NCBI GenBank assembly: GCA_049324475.1
Contig: JBMOOO010000014.1
Coordinates: 6,986-70,985 of the forward strand
Source of the DNA: Pseudomonadota bacterium
Lineage (GTDB): Bacteria > Pseudomonadota > Gammaproteobacteria > Pseudomonadales > JADFDG01
Reading direction: 5' to 3'
DNA length: 64,000 nt
A program made the translations under genes and the position numbers. Of the stretch, positions 51,197 to 60,900 are shown one piece after another. Within the stretch, counting starts at the first letter, position 1. Every line of letters starts with the position of its first letter. Under the pieces are notes generated by a model that worked only from the letters and a program-made list of their open reading frames with translations, did not search any database and was not told the DNA's origin.

Positions 51197-53074
51197 GTGT
51201 CCAGCAAGCTGTCCGCCATGCTTTTCCTGCTCGCGGCGCTGTGTGCCTCCATGGCCCGTGCCGACGGTGCGACCGATGCCGAGATGGCGCAGCTGTTCGA
51301 TGCCGTCGAGCGCGATCCCGGCGCCCTCAACCGCATGCGCCCGGTGCTGGAACGCCTGACGGCACCGCAGATGGCCCAGGCCATCGCCTCCACCGGCAAC
51401 TCCCATTTCACCTGGCTGTATCCCATGATCCTGCGCGCCCAGGACTATCCGGCGCTGGAAGGCCTGCCGATCGCGCAGCTGTCGGTGGTGGCGTTGCGCG
51501 GCGACAAACTGGTGCCGATCCCGTTCCAGATCGACGAGTTCGATACCCGCGGCCTGGTGTTCGTGCCGGGTGTGCAGACACCGGGCATCTTCAACCCGGG
51601 CGGGCTGATCAAGCGCGAACGGGAAACCGACGGCGTGGCCGGCCGCTACGACCGCGGCGACGAGCTGGTGTTCATGTACCGCGATGCCGGCCGCCGGCGC
51701 GCCACCGCAGCGGAGTTCGCGAGGATCACCGGCAAGGTACTGGCGACACTGGAGCTGAAACGCGAAGGCCTGCCGGTGCGCTATGCCTACGTGATGCAGA
51801 ACCAGCCGCTGCGTGCCGCGGCCGACTACGTGAAGGTCAACCTGCCGGCCGGCACGGTGCAGACCACCGTCGCCGACATCGTCTGGGACCCGGATTCCAT
51901 GGCGCTGTTGAAGAAGATCGCCCCGCGGGTTGGCCCTTCCAGCGGCAAGAACATCATCGACGGCGTATACGGCGAGGTCAGCACCGGCCTGATGCAGAAA
52001 AACCTGCGTTTCTCGCTCAACACCACCGACAACATCCGGGTACAGCCGATCGCCGTGCGGGACGGCCCGGTACGGGCCGTGCTGCTGGTGAAGCTGCGCA
52101 TCTTCTACGCCGGCCTGCCGGTATTCCACGACTACCTGAACGTGGCGATGTACGAGCAGGGTGCCAGCCTGCTGGCCAGGGTGCGGCTGGACAGCCTGGA
52201 TGCGGTCAAGTACTTCGTCGGCCTGATCAAGGAGCCGCACATCGAGGCCACCATCGACTTCGCCAATCTGGACGGTGCCGAAGTGCGCTGGGAGGCCGTG
52301 CATGCCGCCACCGAGCGCGCCATTGTCGATGGCGAAATGAACGGCATCGAGAGCGCCATGAATTCGGTACGCATGCCCGGCGACTGGCTGTGGATGGACA
52401 GCAAGCGTGGCTGGCAGTTCTTCTTCAGCAACAACTTCTCGGTGGAACAGGAAGGCCTGCTGCAGGCCTTCCTCGACGGCATGGACATCCACATGATCTA
52501 TGAGGATGGTGCCGACCGGACCCGCGAGGGCGAACAGTTCCCGGGCGCCGGACCGCGCTTCGGCGTGACCACGCGCGGCATGCCTCTGATCCTGGTCAAC
52601 CTGCTGACCTCCATGCGCGGGATCGACCTGGGCAAGCTGAAGAGCGTCGAGGAACTGATCGACGCCATGATCGAACTGGATGAGCAAGGCAAGCTGGACC
52701 GCCTCAACCAGAACATCGACCTGGTGCACAAGCGACTGGTCGAGGAGGGCAAGGTGAGCACCATCGAGGATGTCGCCGAACTGCTGGTACGCGACATCCG
52801 GCGCATCGGCTTCCGGCCGGCCGAGCAGGAACAGCTGGCCCGCCTGGCCCGCCGGGCCGTGCTCGAAGCCGGCAACCTGGAGCAGTACCGGCTCGGGCAG
52901 GTCCTGAAAGCCATGAAGCGGATCGCACAGGAAGAGGGCTTCGACTTCAACAAGCTGCAGTTCGCCCTGCTCGACAACACGCTCTGGTTCCCGGACAACG
53001 TCGGCGAAGCCGGCCCGGCGGCCTTCGACCGGGAAGTGCGCAATCCGCCACGGGCCACGCTGCTGCCGCCCTGA
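51197..53074 (+). CDS. large hypothetical secreted protein (625 aa)
   Basis: GTG start with GGAG upstream. Signal peptide MSSKLSAMLFLLAALCASMARA. Composition is normal, unlike the 874-aa antisense shadow ORF 51083-53707. The C-terminal third is predicted helical. I recognise no family. Confidence 0.7.
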   Translation: MSSKLSAMLFLLAALCASMARADGATDAEMAQLFDAVERDPGALNRMRPVLERLTAPQMAQAIASTGNSHFTWLYPMILRAQDYPALEGLPIAQLSVVALRGDKLVPIPFQIDEFDTRGLVFVPGVQTPGIFNPGGLIKRERETDGVAGRYDRGDELVFMYRDAGRRRATAAEFARITGKVLATLELKREGLPVRYAYVMQNQPLRAAADYVKVNLPAGTVQTTVADIVWDPDSMALLKKIAPRVGPSSGKNIIDGVYGEVSTGLMQKNLRFSLNTTDNIRVQPIAVRDGPVRAVLLVKLRIFYAGLPVFHDYLNVAMYEQGASLLARVRLDSLDAVKYFVGLIKEPHIEATIDFANLDGAEVRWEAVHAATERAIVDGEMNGIESAMNSVRMPGDWLWMDSKRGWQFFFSNNFSVEQEGLLQAFLDGMDIHMIYEDGADRTREGEQFPGAGPRFGVTTRGMPLILVNLLTSMRGIDLGKLKSVEELIDAMIELDEQGKLDRLNQNIDLVHKRLVEEGKVSTIEDVAELLVRDIRRIGFRPAEQEQLARLARRAVLEAGNLEQYRLGQVLKAMKRIAQEEGFDFNKLQFALLDNTLWFPDNVGEAGPAAFDREVRNPPRATLLPP

Positions 53075-53224
53075 ACATCCCGGGCCCGCGGGAAATACAA
53101 ATCCCGAACCTGCTATTGAATTTCCCGCGCGCGGGCCAATACTTGGCCCCCTGCCCTGCCATCGTCGGCAGGCGCCCGCCGGTACTGCACCGGTATCCGC
53201 CACACACCTCATGGAGACACGGAC

Positions 53225-53803
53225 ATGGCCTTCGAACTGCCGCCGCTGCCGTATGCCAAAGACGCCCTCGCCCCGTTCATCACCGCCGAGACCATCGATT
53301 TCCACTACGGCAAGCATCACCAGGCCTATGTCACCAACCTGAACAACCTGGTGAAGGGTACCGAGCACGAAAACAAGACGCTGGAGCAGATCATCACCAG
53401 CTCCAGCGGCGGCATCTTCAACAACGCCGCGCAGATCTGGAACCACACCTTCTACTGGAACGGCCTGAAGCCGGCCGGCGGCGGCGAACCGACCGGCGCA
53501 CTGGCCGATGCCATCAACAAATCGTTCGGCTCGTTTGCCGCCTTCAAGGAAAAATTCTCCGCCAGCGCCGTCGGCAACTTCGGTTCCGGCTGGACCTGGC
53601 TGGTGAAAAACAAGGACGGCTCGCTCGAGATCGTCAACACCTCCAACGCCGGCTGCCCGCTCACCGAAGGCAAGAAGCCGCTGCTGACCGTCGACGTGTG
53701 GGAGCACGCCTACTACATCGACTTCCGCAACCTGCGCGCCAAGTATGTGGAAACGTTCTGGAACTACGTGAACTGGGACTTCGTCGCCAAACAGTTCGCC
53801 TGA
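53225..53803 (+). CDS. sodB: iron superoxide dismutase
   Basis: 192 aa. Motifs: [40 protein letters not shown] and [13 protein letters not shown]. Confidence 0.95.
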   Translation: MAFELPPLPYAKDALAPFITAETIDFHYGKHHQAYVTNLNNLVKGTEHENKTLEQIITSSSGGIFNNAAQIWNHTFYWNGLKPAGGGEPTGALADAINKSFGSFAAFKEKFSASAVGNFGSGWTWLVKNKDGSLEIVNTSNAGCPLTEGKKPLLTVDVWEHAYYIDFRNLRAKYVETFWNYVNWDFVAKQFA

Positions 53804-53823
53804 TCCGGGAACGCACCGGCAAA

Positions 53824-53845
53824 AAGGGCCGCATCAGCGGCCCTT
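53824..53845. terminator. hairpin between convergent sodB and kinase genes
   Basis: AAGGGCCGC-ATCA-GCGGCCCTT followed by TCTGTTTCC. Confidence 0.6.
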
Positions 53846-53870
53846 TCTGTTTCCGGCATGCCGCCGACGG

Positions 53871-56030
53871 TTACGCGGGGCTGCCGGCCTCGACGGCACT
53901 GCGTACCGCCGCCAGCAGCTTCTCGGTCTCGATCGGCTTGCCGAACATCGCACGAATGTTGTGCTTGCCGAAGTCGGCGATATCGATGTCGGCGCCGTAA
54001 CCGGACACCAGCAACACCGGCAGGCGGGCATCCAGCGTCTGGAGTTCCCGCGCCAGCGTGACCCCGTCCATCTCGGGCATGGAATAGTCGGTGATCACCA
54101 GCTTCACCTGACCCGGATTGTCACGGATCAGGCGGATCGCTTCGGCGGCACTGGTCAGCGCACGCGCACGGTAACCGTGACTGATCAGCAGCTCGGCCAC
54201 AAACGAGCCCGCGCCGATATCATCATCCACAACAAGTACCGGCATGACGGCACCGGGTTCGGCAACAACGGATTCCACAGGTTCCTCCGCCAGCGGCAGA
54301 TACAGCGTGAAGGTGGTTCCGCGTCCGACTTCGGACGCAACGGCGACGTGGCCGCCGTATTCATGCATCAACCGGTTCACCATCGCCAGCCCCAGGCCGG
54401 TGCCGCGCCCTTCGCCCTTGGTGGTGAAAAACGGCTCGAACATCTGGCGACGTACTTCTTCCGGAATGCCGCTGCCGGTATCGGTGATGCGGATCATGGC
54501 GTAGCTGCCGGAAAACGCATGGTGGCAGGCGTCGCAGAAACATTCCTTGAGCTGGTCGATGTCGGTGCTGACGTGCAGCAGACCCTGCCCGTCCATGGCA
54601 TCGGAGCCGTTCAATGCCAGGTTGAGGATCACCTGGTCGAGCTGGTCGGCATCGAACAGCGCGGTCAGCTTCGAGAGCGACAGGCTGCTTTCCACTTCCA
54701 CCGACGACGGCAGCACGGCCCGCAGGAAATCCAGCGTGCCCATCAGCTGCTCGCCGAGGTCGATCCGGGTCACCGCCACCGTCGAGGCGGCACCGAACTT
54801 CATCAGCTGTTTGACCAGCAGGCGGGAGCGCCGGATCGCATCGTCGATGCGCGACAGGCAAGCATTGAGCATGTCCGGATCGCGGCGTGCGTACTGGCGG
54901 GCCAGCGAGGTGTAGCCGGACACCGCGGTAATGATGTTGTTGAAGTCGTGGGCGATGCCCGCGGTCAGGTGACCAACCGCCTCCATCTTCTGGGCCTGGA
55001 TCAGTTCGGCTTCCAGGCGTCGCTTCTCGGTGGCATCGCTGCGCCGGCCATGATTGCTCAGTGCACCGGCAAACTGGTCCGCCAGCTCGCCGGCAAAGGC
55101 AATCTCTTCCGCCGTCCACTGCCGGCGCTGGCGCACCGATTCCAGACAGATGACGCCGCGCACCTGGCCGGCCACGCGCACCGGCGCGTCCAGCATCGAG
55201 GTGATTTCGTGCCGTGACAGATAGTTGCTGCCGAATTCGCTGGTGCGGGGGTCGAGGTTGGCGTCGGCGGCATCGATCGCGCGCTCGTCACGCAGGGCGG
55301 CATAGTAACGGGGGAAATCCGTGGCGGTGATGGCAGCGCCGGCACCGTGGCGGCGTGGCGTGCGCTCGTAGAGATCGATGCAGGACAGGGTGCGGCCGTC
55401 ATCCGAGAGCACCCACATGCCGACACGCTCGACCAGCAACAGATTGGCCGCCACCTCGTTGATCATGTGTGCAACGTCGGTGAGCCGCCCTTCCGTGACG
55501 GCAGGCGAGGTGGCCAGCCGCACCAGCTCCTGCTGCTCGCGGCGGCGCAGCTCATCCTGTTCGCGCTGCCGCTGTTCATAGATCTTGCGCGGTGTCACAT
55601 CGACAATCACGCCTTCACGCAGCGGCATGCCCTGCTCATCGGTGCGCAGGCGGCCGCGGTCATAGACCCAGCGTGTTTCGCCCAGCCGGGTCTGCACGCG
55701 GTATTCCACGGCATAGCTGCCGTCACCACGACGCGCATCATCGACCGCGCGCGCAACCCGGGCGCGGTCTTCCTCGATCAACAGATCGTCGAGCCGGGCC
55801 AGGCCGGCGTCGAACTGGTCGGAGGTGTAACCGGTGAGATCGATGACGGCGCCGGCCACGAACACCGGCCCCTGGCCGTCGGCCCGACGCCGGTAATAGA
55901 CGCCGGGCAATTGCGCCGGGTCGAGTTCCAGCCGGCCGTTGTCCAGCTCGGGCTCGTGACGCCTGAGCCAGAGAAAAGCGGCGGCCGCGGCCGCAGCCAG
56001 CAAGGCAATGGTGACGAGCAGTTCCATCAT
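53871..56030 (-). CDS. hybrid sensor histidine kinase (TM, PAS, GAF, HisKA, HATPase_c, REC)
   Basis: 719 aa. N-terminal TM helix MMELLVTIALLAAAAAAAFLWL. PAS-like (YAVEYRVQTRLGETRWVYDRG) and GAF-like (VERVGMWVLSDD...APVRVAGQVRGVICLES) regions. H-box LTAGIAHDFNNIIT and G-boxes DTGSGI, GTGLGL. Receiver VLVVDDD...ITDYSMPEMDG...KP. Confidence 0.85.
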   Translation of the reverse strand: MMELLVTIALLAAAAAAAFLWLRRHEPELDNGRLELDPAQLPGVYYRRRADGQGPVFVAGAVIDLTGYTSDQFDAGLARLDDLLIEEDRARVARAVDDARRGDGSYAVEYRVQTRLGETRWVYDRGRLRTDEQGMPLREGVIVDVTPRKIYEQRQREQDELRRREQQELVRLATSPAVTEGRLTDVAHMINEVAANLLLVERVGMWVLSDDGRTLSCIDLYERTPRRHGAGAAITATDFPRYYAALRDERAIDAADANLDPRTSEFGSNYLSRHEITSMLDAPVRVAGQVRGVICLESVRQRRQWTAEEIAFAGELADQFAGALSNHGRRSDATEKRRLEAELIQAQKMEAVGHLTAGIAHDFNNIITAVSGYTSLARQYARRDPDMLNACLSRIDDAIRRSRLLVKQLMKFGAASTVAVTRIDLGEQLMGTLDFLRAVLPSSVEVESSLSLSKLTALFDADQLDQVILNLALNGSDAMDGQGLLHVSTDIDQLKECFCDACHHAFSGSYAMIRITDTGSGIPEEVRRQMFEPFFTTKGEGRGTGLGLAMVNRLMHEYGGHVAVASEVGRGTTFTLYLPLAEEPVESVVAEPGAVMPVLVVDDDIGAGSFVAELLISHGYRARALTSAAEAIRLIRDNPGQVKLVITDYSMPEMDGVTLARELQTLDARLPVLLVSGYGADIDIADFGKHNIRAMFGKPIETEKLLAAVRSAVEAGSPA

Positions 56031-56310
56031 GGCGGCATTCCCTGACCCTGCCCCGGGTTCCCCAACGTGCTCCCTGCACTATGACGGCGCACCCTGCATG
56101 GCGACTGCGGACCGGTACGCAGTGAAAGCACCGGGACAACGCAACCGTCGCCAGTTGCAGATCACGCTTACGTAAAAGGTATTACTTCCGGACACTACAC
56201 CATGCCCGGATCGACTTGAAGGGCTTCAAATCCCGTTACAAAACCGGTCTTTCCGTTCGTCGCCGCCGCTCGCCGGCGGCCCCTTATGATGGCCACCCCT
56301 CCGGAGCCCG

Positions 56311-57063
56311 ATGCGCACGATGAAGACCCTCGCCTACACCCCCTGGAAATGGCTGGTGGCCATTCCCGGCATCGCGCTCAGCACCCTGTTTTTCGGCACC
56401 GCCTGCCTGCTGCTCCTGCTGGTCCTGCCACCCCGCCGGGTCAACCGTTTCATACCGGTGTGGTGGGCGCGGGTGAACCTGGCCCTGATCCCGGTCGCCG
56501 TCAACGTGCACGGACGTGAGCACCTGGAGCCCGGGCAGTCCTACCTGATTGCCGCCAACCATCTCAGCCATATCGACATCCTCGCGCTGTACGCCACGCC
56601 CGGCCTCGACCTGCGTTTCGTCATGAAGCAGGAACTGCGCAAGGTACCGGTCATCGGCGTTGTCTGCGCCGGTCTCGGCTATATCTACGTGAACCGCAGC
56701 AACCGGCACGAGGCAGTACGCTCGCTCAATGCTGCCAAGCCGCGCCTGACCAGCGACGGCGCGTCGGTGATTTTCTTTCCTGAAGGCACCCGCAGCGTCG
56801 ACGGCCGCCTGCACGATTTCAAGAAAGGGGCATTCGTGACGGCACGTGACATGAACCTGCCGATCCTGCCGGTCACACTGCGCGGCAGCGACGGCGTGCT
56901 GCCGGCAAAAACCCTGGGATTGCTGCCGGGCCGCGTCGACGTGATCATCCACCGGCCGATTTCCGCCGCACAGGTGCAGAACAGCAGCGCGGAGGAACTC
57001 ATGACGCAGACGCGGGCCGTCATTGCCGGCGTGCTGCCGCCGGACCGCATCGCCAGCGACTGA
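56311..57063 (+). CDS. 1-acyl-sn-glycerol-3-phosphate acyltransferase (PlsC/LPLAT family)
   Basis: 250 aa. An N-terminal TM helix, the HX4D motif AANHLSHIDIL, and FFPEGTRS and ILPVTLRG motifs. Confidence 0.8.
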   Translation: MRTMKTLAYTPWKWLVAIPGIALSTLFFGTACLLLLLVLPPRRVNRFIPVWWARVNLALIPVAVNVHGREHLEPGQSYLIAANHLSHIDILALYATPGLDLRFVMKQELRKVPVIGVVCAGLGYIYVNRSNRHEAVRSLNAAKPRLTSDGASVIFFPEGTRSVDGRLHDFKKGAFVTARDMNLPILPVTLRGSDGVLPAKTLGLLPGRVDVIIHRPISAAQVQNSSAEELMTQTRAVIAGVLPPDRIASD

Positions 57064-57178
57064 ACCGGCGCCGGGCACGGCGATTGACGCGGTGTTTCCC
57101 GCGCCGGGTGGCGACGCCCCCGCATGACCCGTCCCCGGACTCCTGTGCTATGTTGGCCCCTCATTCCGGGAGTCCTGC

Positions 57179-57865
57179 ATGCGTCTGCCTGTCCTGCCCG
57201 CCCTGATCCTGACCGTTCTTCTGGCGGCACCGCTGCAGGCAGACGAAGGCTGGATCAGCGCTGCCAAGGCACGCACGCCACAAGACATTTCCCTGTGGAC
57301 CCGCACGGTGCCGGGCGCGGAACTGAAAGCCTTCCGCGGCGCCACCCATGTCGATGTGCCCGTGGCCGGCATGGCGGCCTTTCTCTACGACACGCACGCG
57401 ATGCCGGACTGGATCTTCCGTTGCCGGGAGGCGCGCATCCTCGCCGAACACGAGGACGGCACTGTCGACCTGCACCTGAAGATCAAGGGCATCTGGCCAC
57501 TGGAAGACCGTGACGCCGTCATCCATGTGACCCCGGAGGTGACACCGGGCGGCGGGCTGCGCCTGACCGGTGTGGCAGCACCCGATCTGCTGCCGTTGCA
57601 GCCCGGCTACATCCGCATTCCGTCGATCGAATCCACCTGGCTGATGCAACCGGCCGACAACGGCCTGCTGCGCATCGAATGGTCAGGACATGTCGACCCG
57701 GCCGGCAACGTGCCACGCTGGCTCGCCAACGCGCTGGTGACGCTGGTGCCGCGCTACACCCTGCGGCATGTGCACATGCTCACCGAAGACGAGAAATGGC
57801 GCAGTCCTGCCCGGCTGGAACAGGGCTGGCGCCTGATCGAACGCAGCAGGCGCCGGGCTCCCTGA
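57179..57865 (+). CDS. secreted START/SRPBCC-like lipid-binding domain protein
   Basis: Signal peptide MRLPVLPALILTVLLAAPLQA. Its length (~200 aa mature) and pattern (FRGATHVDVP...MPDWIFRC...PLEDRDAVI...GNVPRWLAN) are typical of bacterial START-like domains. Confidence 0.55.
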   Translation: MRLPVLPALILTVLLAAPLQADEGWISAAKARTPQDISLWTRTVPGAELKAFRGATHVDVPVAGMAAFLYDTHAMPDWIFRCREARILAEHEDGTVDLHLKIKGIWPLEDRDAVIHVTPEVTPGGGLRLTGVAAPDLLPLQPGYIRIPSIESTWLMQPADNGLLRIEWSGHVDPAGNVPRWLANALVTLVPRYTLRHVHMLTEDEKWRSPARLEQGWRLIERSRRRAP

Positions 57866-57875
57866 CACCGTTTCC

Positions 57876-58943
57876 ATGACTCTCGCCATCAACGACGTGC
57901 TGGTGCTGCGCGCCGGGCCGGAAGCCCGCGCGCGCATTGCCGCCGACGGCATCTCGCCGGACCTGTTCTCGACCATGCTCGGCGCATCCGGCGGACCGAA
58001 GTGGCTGATCCTCGCCGGACTGGACCGTTTTCTGGCCGGCGAATTCTTCCGCGCCCGCACGGCGCCGCTGGCCTTGCTGGGCACGTCGATCGGCAGCTGG
58101 CGGCATGCCTATTTTGCGCGCCGGGATCCACTGGCCGCCCTCGATTGTTTTCTCGACGCCTACCTGCAGCAGCGCTACAGCGCGCGACCGACCGTGGCCG
58201 AACTGACCCGCGAGGCGGAGCGCCTGCTGGGTGTGCTGCTGGGCGAACACGGCCGGCAGGAAATCGTCGCCCATCCCGTGTTCCGCACCCACATCATCGC
58301 GGCCCGCTGCCGCGGCCTGACCCGCAGCGAGCAACGGGCGCCGCTGCTGGCCGGGCTGGTGCTGGCGGCACTGCTGAACACGGTGTCGCGCCGGACGCTG
58401 GCCCTGCAGTTCGAGCGGGTGATGTTCGCCAGCCATGCCGGCAGCGCATTACGCCTGGACGGAGCGCCGGCACGGCACGCACCGCTGGACGAAGCCAATC
58501 TCGTCGATGCCCTGCTGGCCACTGCCGCGGTACCGATGGTGTTCGCACCGCGGCGGGACATTGCCGGTGCACCGCCCGGCGTGTACCGCGACGGCGGCAT
58601 CACCGACTACCACTTCGATCTCGCCATCGAGGCCCCGCCCGGGCTGGTGCTCTACCCTCACTTCTACCCGCACATCACGCCCGGCTGGTTCGACAAGATG
58701 CTGCGCTGGCGCCGGCCGCACGGTGCGCTGGCCGCGCGAACCCTGCTGGTGGCGCCGGCACCGCAGTTCACTGCCAACCTGCCGGGCCGCGCGATCCCGG
58801 ACCGCCGGGATTTTGCCCGCCATGATGACGACACCCGTGAAGGCTTCTGGCGCGCCGCCGTAAACGAAAGTGCCCGCCTTGGCGAGGCTTTCGCCGCCTG
58901 GTGTCGCGATCCGGAACCGGCACGCTGGCTGACGCCGCTATAA
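57876..58943 (+). CDS. patatin-like phospholipase
   Basis: Oxyanion motif GASGGPKW, nucleophile GTSIGS (GxSxG) and catalytic Asp motif YRDGGITDY. Starts 10 nt after the START-like gene. Confidence 0.7.
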   Translation: MTLAINDVLVLRAGPEARARIAADGISPDLFSTMLGASGGPKWLILAGLDRFLAGEFFRARTAPLALLGTSIGSWRHAYFARRDPLAALDCFLDAYLQQRYSARPTVAELTREAERLLGVLLGEHGRQEIVAHPVFRTHIIAARCRGLTRSEQRAPLLAGLVLAALLNTVSRRTLALQFERVMFASHAGSALRLDGAPARHAPLDEANLVDALLATAAVPMVFAPRRDIAGAPPGVYRDGGITDYHFDLAIEAPPGLVLYPHFYPHITPGWFDKMLRWRRPHGALAARTLLVAPAPQFTANLPGRAIPDRRDFARHDDDTREGFWRAAVNESARLGEAFAAWCRDPEPARWLTPL

Positions 58944-58974
58944 TCGCGGCCTGCCAACCACCGGGAGCCCCGCC

Positions 58975-59172
58975 ATGACCGAAGCCGAATTTGCCGACCT
59001 CTCGCTCAAGATCGGCGTGGGCGGGCTGATCCTGCTGATGGGCTTCATCATGTTCGATCTGGCGAAGAAATCCGGCGCCGGCAAGTTCGGTACCTTCATC
59101 ATTTTCCTGGTGCTGGGCCTGTGCGTGGCCGCGTTCCTGATCAAGGAAATCCTCATCGTCGTGCTGGAGTGA
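58975..59172 (+). CDS. small 2-TM membrane protein (DUF2788-like)
   Basis: 65 aa. FDLAKKSGAGKFGTFIIFLVLGL resembles the DUF2788 family as I remember it. Confidence 0.5.
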   Translation: MTEAEFADLSLKIGVGGLILLMGFIMFDLAKKSGAGKFGTFIIFLVLGLCVAAFLIKEILIVVLE

Positions 59173-59180
59173 GCCGGGCC

Positions 59181-60389
59181 ATGAACCAGGCAACCCGCCG
59201 CCCGCTCGAGGGCATCCGCGTCATCGAGGTCGGGCAGTTGCTGGCCGGGCCCTTCACCGGCACGCTGCTTGCCTACTTCGGCGCGGAAGTGATCAAGATC
59301 GAACCGCCGGGTGGCGACCCGATCCGTGGCTGGCGCAAGCTGGACGAGAACGGCACGTCGTACTGGTGGCGTTCACTGGGCCGCAACAAGAAGTGCATCA
59401 CCATCGACATGAAAAGCGCGGAGGGCCGCGCACTGGTGCGCAGGCTGGCCGACAACGCCGACGTGCTGATCGAGAACTTCAAGCCGGGCGTGATGGAAAA
59501 CTGGCAACTCGGACCGCAGGACATCGCGCAGTCGAACCCGAAGCTGGTCTACGCGCGCATCAGCGGCTACGGCCAGACCGGCCCCTATGCACCCAAACCC
59601 GGCTACGCATCGGTGACGGAAGGCATCAGCGGCTTCCGCTACGTGAACGGCTTTCCGGGCGAGCCGCCGGTGCGGCCTAACCTGTCGATCGGCGACACGC
59701 TGGGCGCGCTGCACGCCGCACTCGGCATCCTGATCGCACTGTGGGACCGCGAGCAGCACACCGGCGGCAAGCAGGGACAGGTGGTCGACATCGCACTGTA
59801 CGAGTCGATCTTCAACCTGATGGAAGGCGTGGTGCCGGAATTCTCCGGCGCCGGCCTCGTGCGCGAGGCCTCGGGCACAACGATCACCGGCATCGTGCCG
59901 ACCAACACCTACAAGTGCCGCGACGGCAAGTTCGTGGTGATCGGTGGCAACGGCGACTCGATCTTCCAGCGGCTGATGAAGACTGCCGGCCATCCGGAAA
60001 TGGCAAACGATCCGCGGATGGCGACCAACCCGGGCCGCGTCACGCACGAGAAAGCGATCGACGACGCACTGCGCGGCTGGTGCGCGGCGCACGATGCTGC
60101 GCATATCCTGGCTGAACTGGACAAGGCACAGGTGCCCGGCGGGCCGATCTACTCGGTAGCCGACATGTTCGCCGACCCGCACTTCAACGCGCGCGGGCTG
60201 TTCGAGAACGTGACGGTGAACGGCAAGCCGCTGGCGATCCCGGCGATCCTGCCGAAGCTCGCCGGCACGCCCGGCGCCACCGAGTGGCCGGGCCCGGAAG
60301 TGGGCAGCCACAGCGAGGAAGTGCTGCGCGATGTACTGAAGCTGTCCGCGGATGAAATCGCCGGCCTGAAACAGCGCGGCGTGGTCTGA
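59181..60389 (+). CDS. CoA-transferase family III (CaiB/BaiF-type) protein
   Basis: In-frame ATG at 59181. Motifs: LEGIRVIEVGQLLAGPFTGTLLAYFGAEVIKIE, ADVLIENFKPG and SIGDTLGALHAA. Confidence 0.85.
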   Translation: MNQATRRPLEGIRVIEVGQLLAGPFTGTLLAYFGAEVIKIEPPGGDPIRGWRKLDENGTSYWWRSLGRNKKCITIDMKSAEGRALVRRLADNADVLIENFKPGVMENWQLGPQDIAQSNPKLVYARISGYGQTGPYAPKPGYASVTEGISGFRYVNGFPGEPPVRPNLSIGDTLGALHAALGILIALWDREQHTGGKQGQVVDIALYESIFNLMEGVVPEFSGAGLVREASGTTITGIVPTNTYKCRDGKFVVIGGNGDSIFQRLMKTAGHPEMANDPRMATNPGRVTHEKAIDDALRGWCAAHDAAHILAELDKAQVPGGPIYSVADMFADPHFNARGLFENVTVNGKPLAIPAILPKLAGTPGATEWPGPEVGSHSEEVLRDVLKLSADEIAGLKQRGVV

Positions 60390-60452
60390 GCCACGCCACA
60401 ACGGCGGCCGCCACTCCCCGCCACGCCGGTTCCCCGGCGGCCTGCGGCCGGC

Positions 60453-60821
60453 TCAGTGGTGGATGTAACTGTTCGTATTGGTCTTTTCCGGATGCCTCGC
60501 CAGGTGCGCGTGGCGGTGCATGGCGGGCCCGGCCAGCCGCGCCAGGATGGCGCCGAGATCGCTGTCTTTCGCCAACCGCTGGTACGCGGCCTGACCGGTA
60601 ATGGCAGCGGACAGCGCATAACCGGGTTCGGCCGCCGGCAGCAACGTCACGTCCTCGTGGCGGCAACGCACGGCATCGTTGCCCGCCTTCGCAAGCAGTT
60701 CGCACACCGTGCGCGAGAAACACTGCCTCACCTCTGCCATCGATCCGGCCGCCGCCACGTCCCTGCGATACCGGTGGACGAGCTCGTTCTCGAACCGGGT
60801 GAAGGATCTCTGATCGGTCAT
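60453..60821 (-). CDS. hypothetical protein (122 aa)
   Basis: ATG at 60821 preceded by GGGAGGG. Composition is moderate, whereas the competing + strand ORF 60456-61091 is Arg/Pro-rich. I recognise no family. Confidence 0.45.
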   Translation of the reverse strand: MTDQRSFTRFENELVHRYRRDVAAAGSMAEVRQCFSRTVCELLAKAGNDAVRCRHEDVTLLPAAEPGYALSAAITGQAAYQRLAKDSDLGAILARLAGPAMHRHAHLARHPEKTNTNSYIHH

Positions 60822-60900
60822 GACGCCCTCCCTGAGGCACACCGGCGGTTATCGGTCCTTCATCCTAGCCGCGGCCGGCACCACCCGGATTTGACGGGGA

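Noticed and set aside
51083-53707. 874-aa minus-strand ORF spanning the 625-aa gene and sodB.
   Set aside because: It runs antisense through sodB, an unmistakable gene, so it cannot be real over that span. Its composition is shadow-like throughout.
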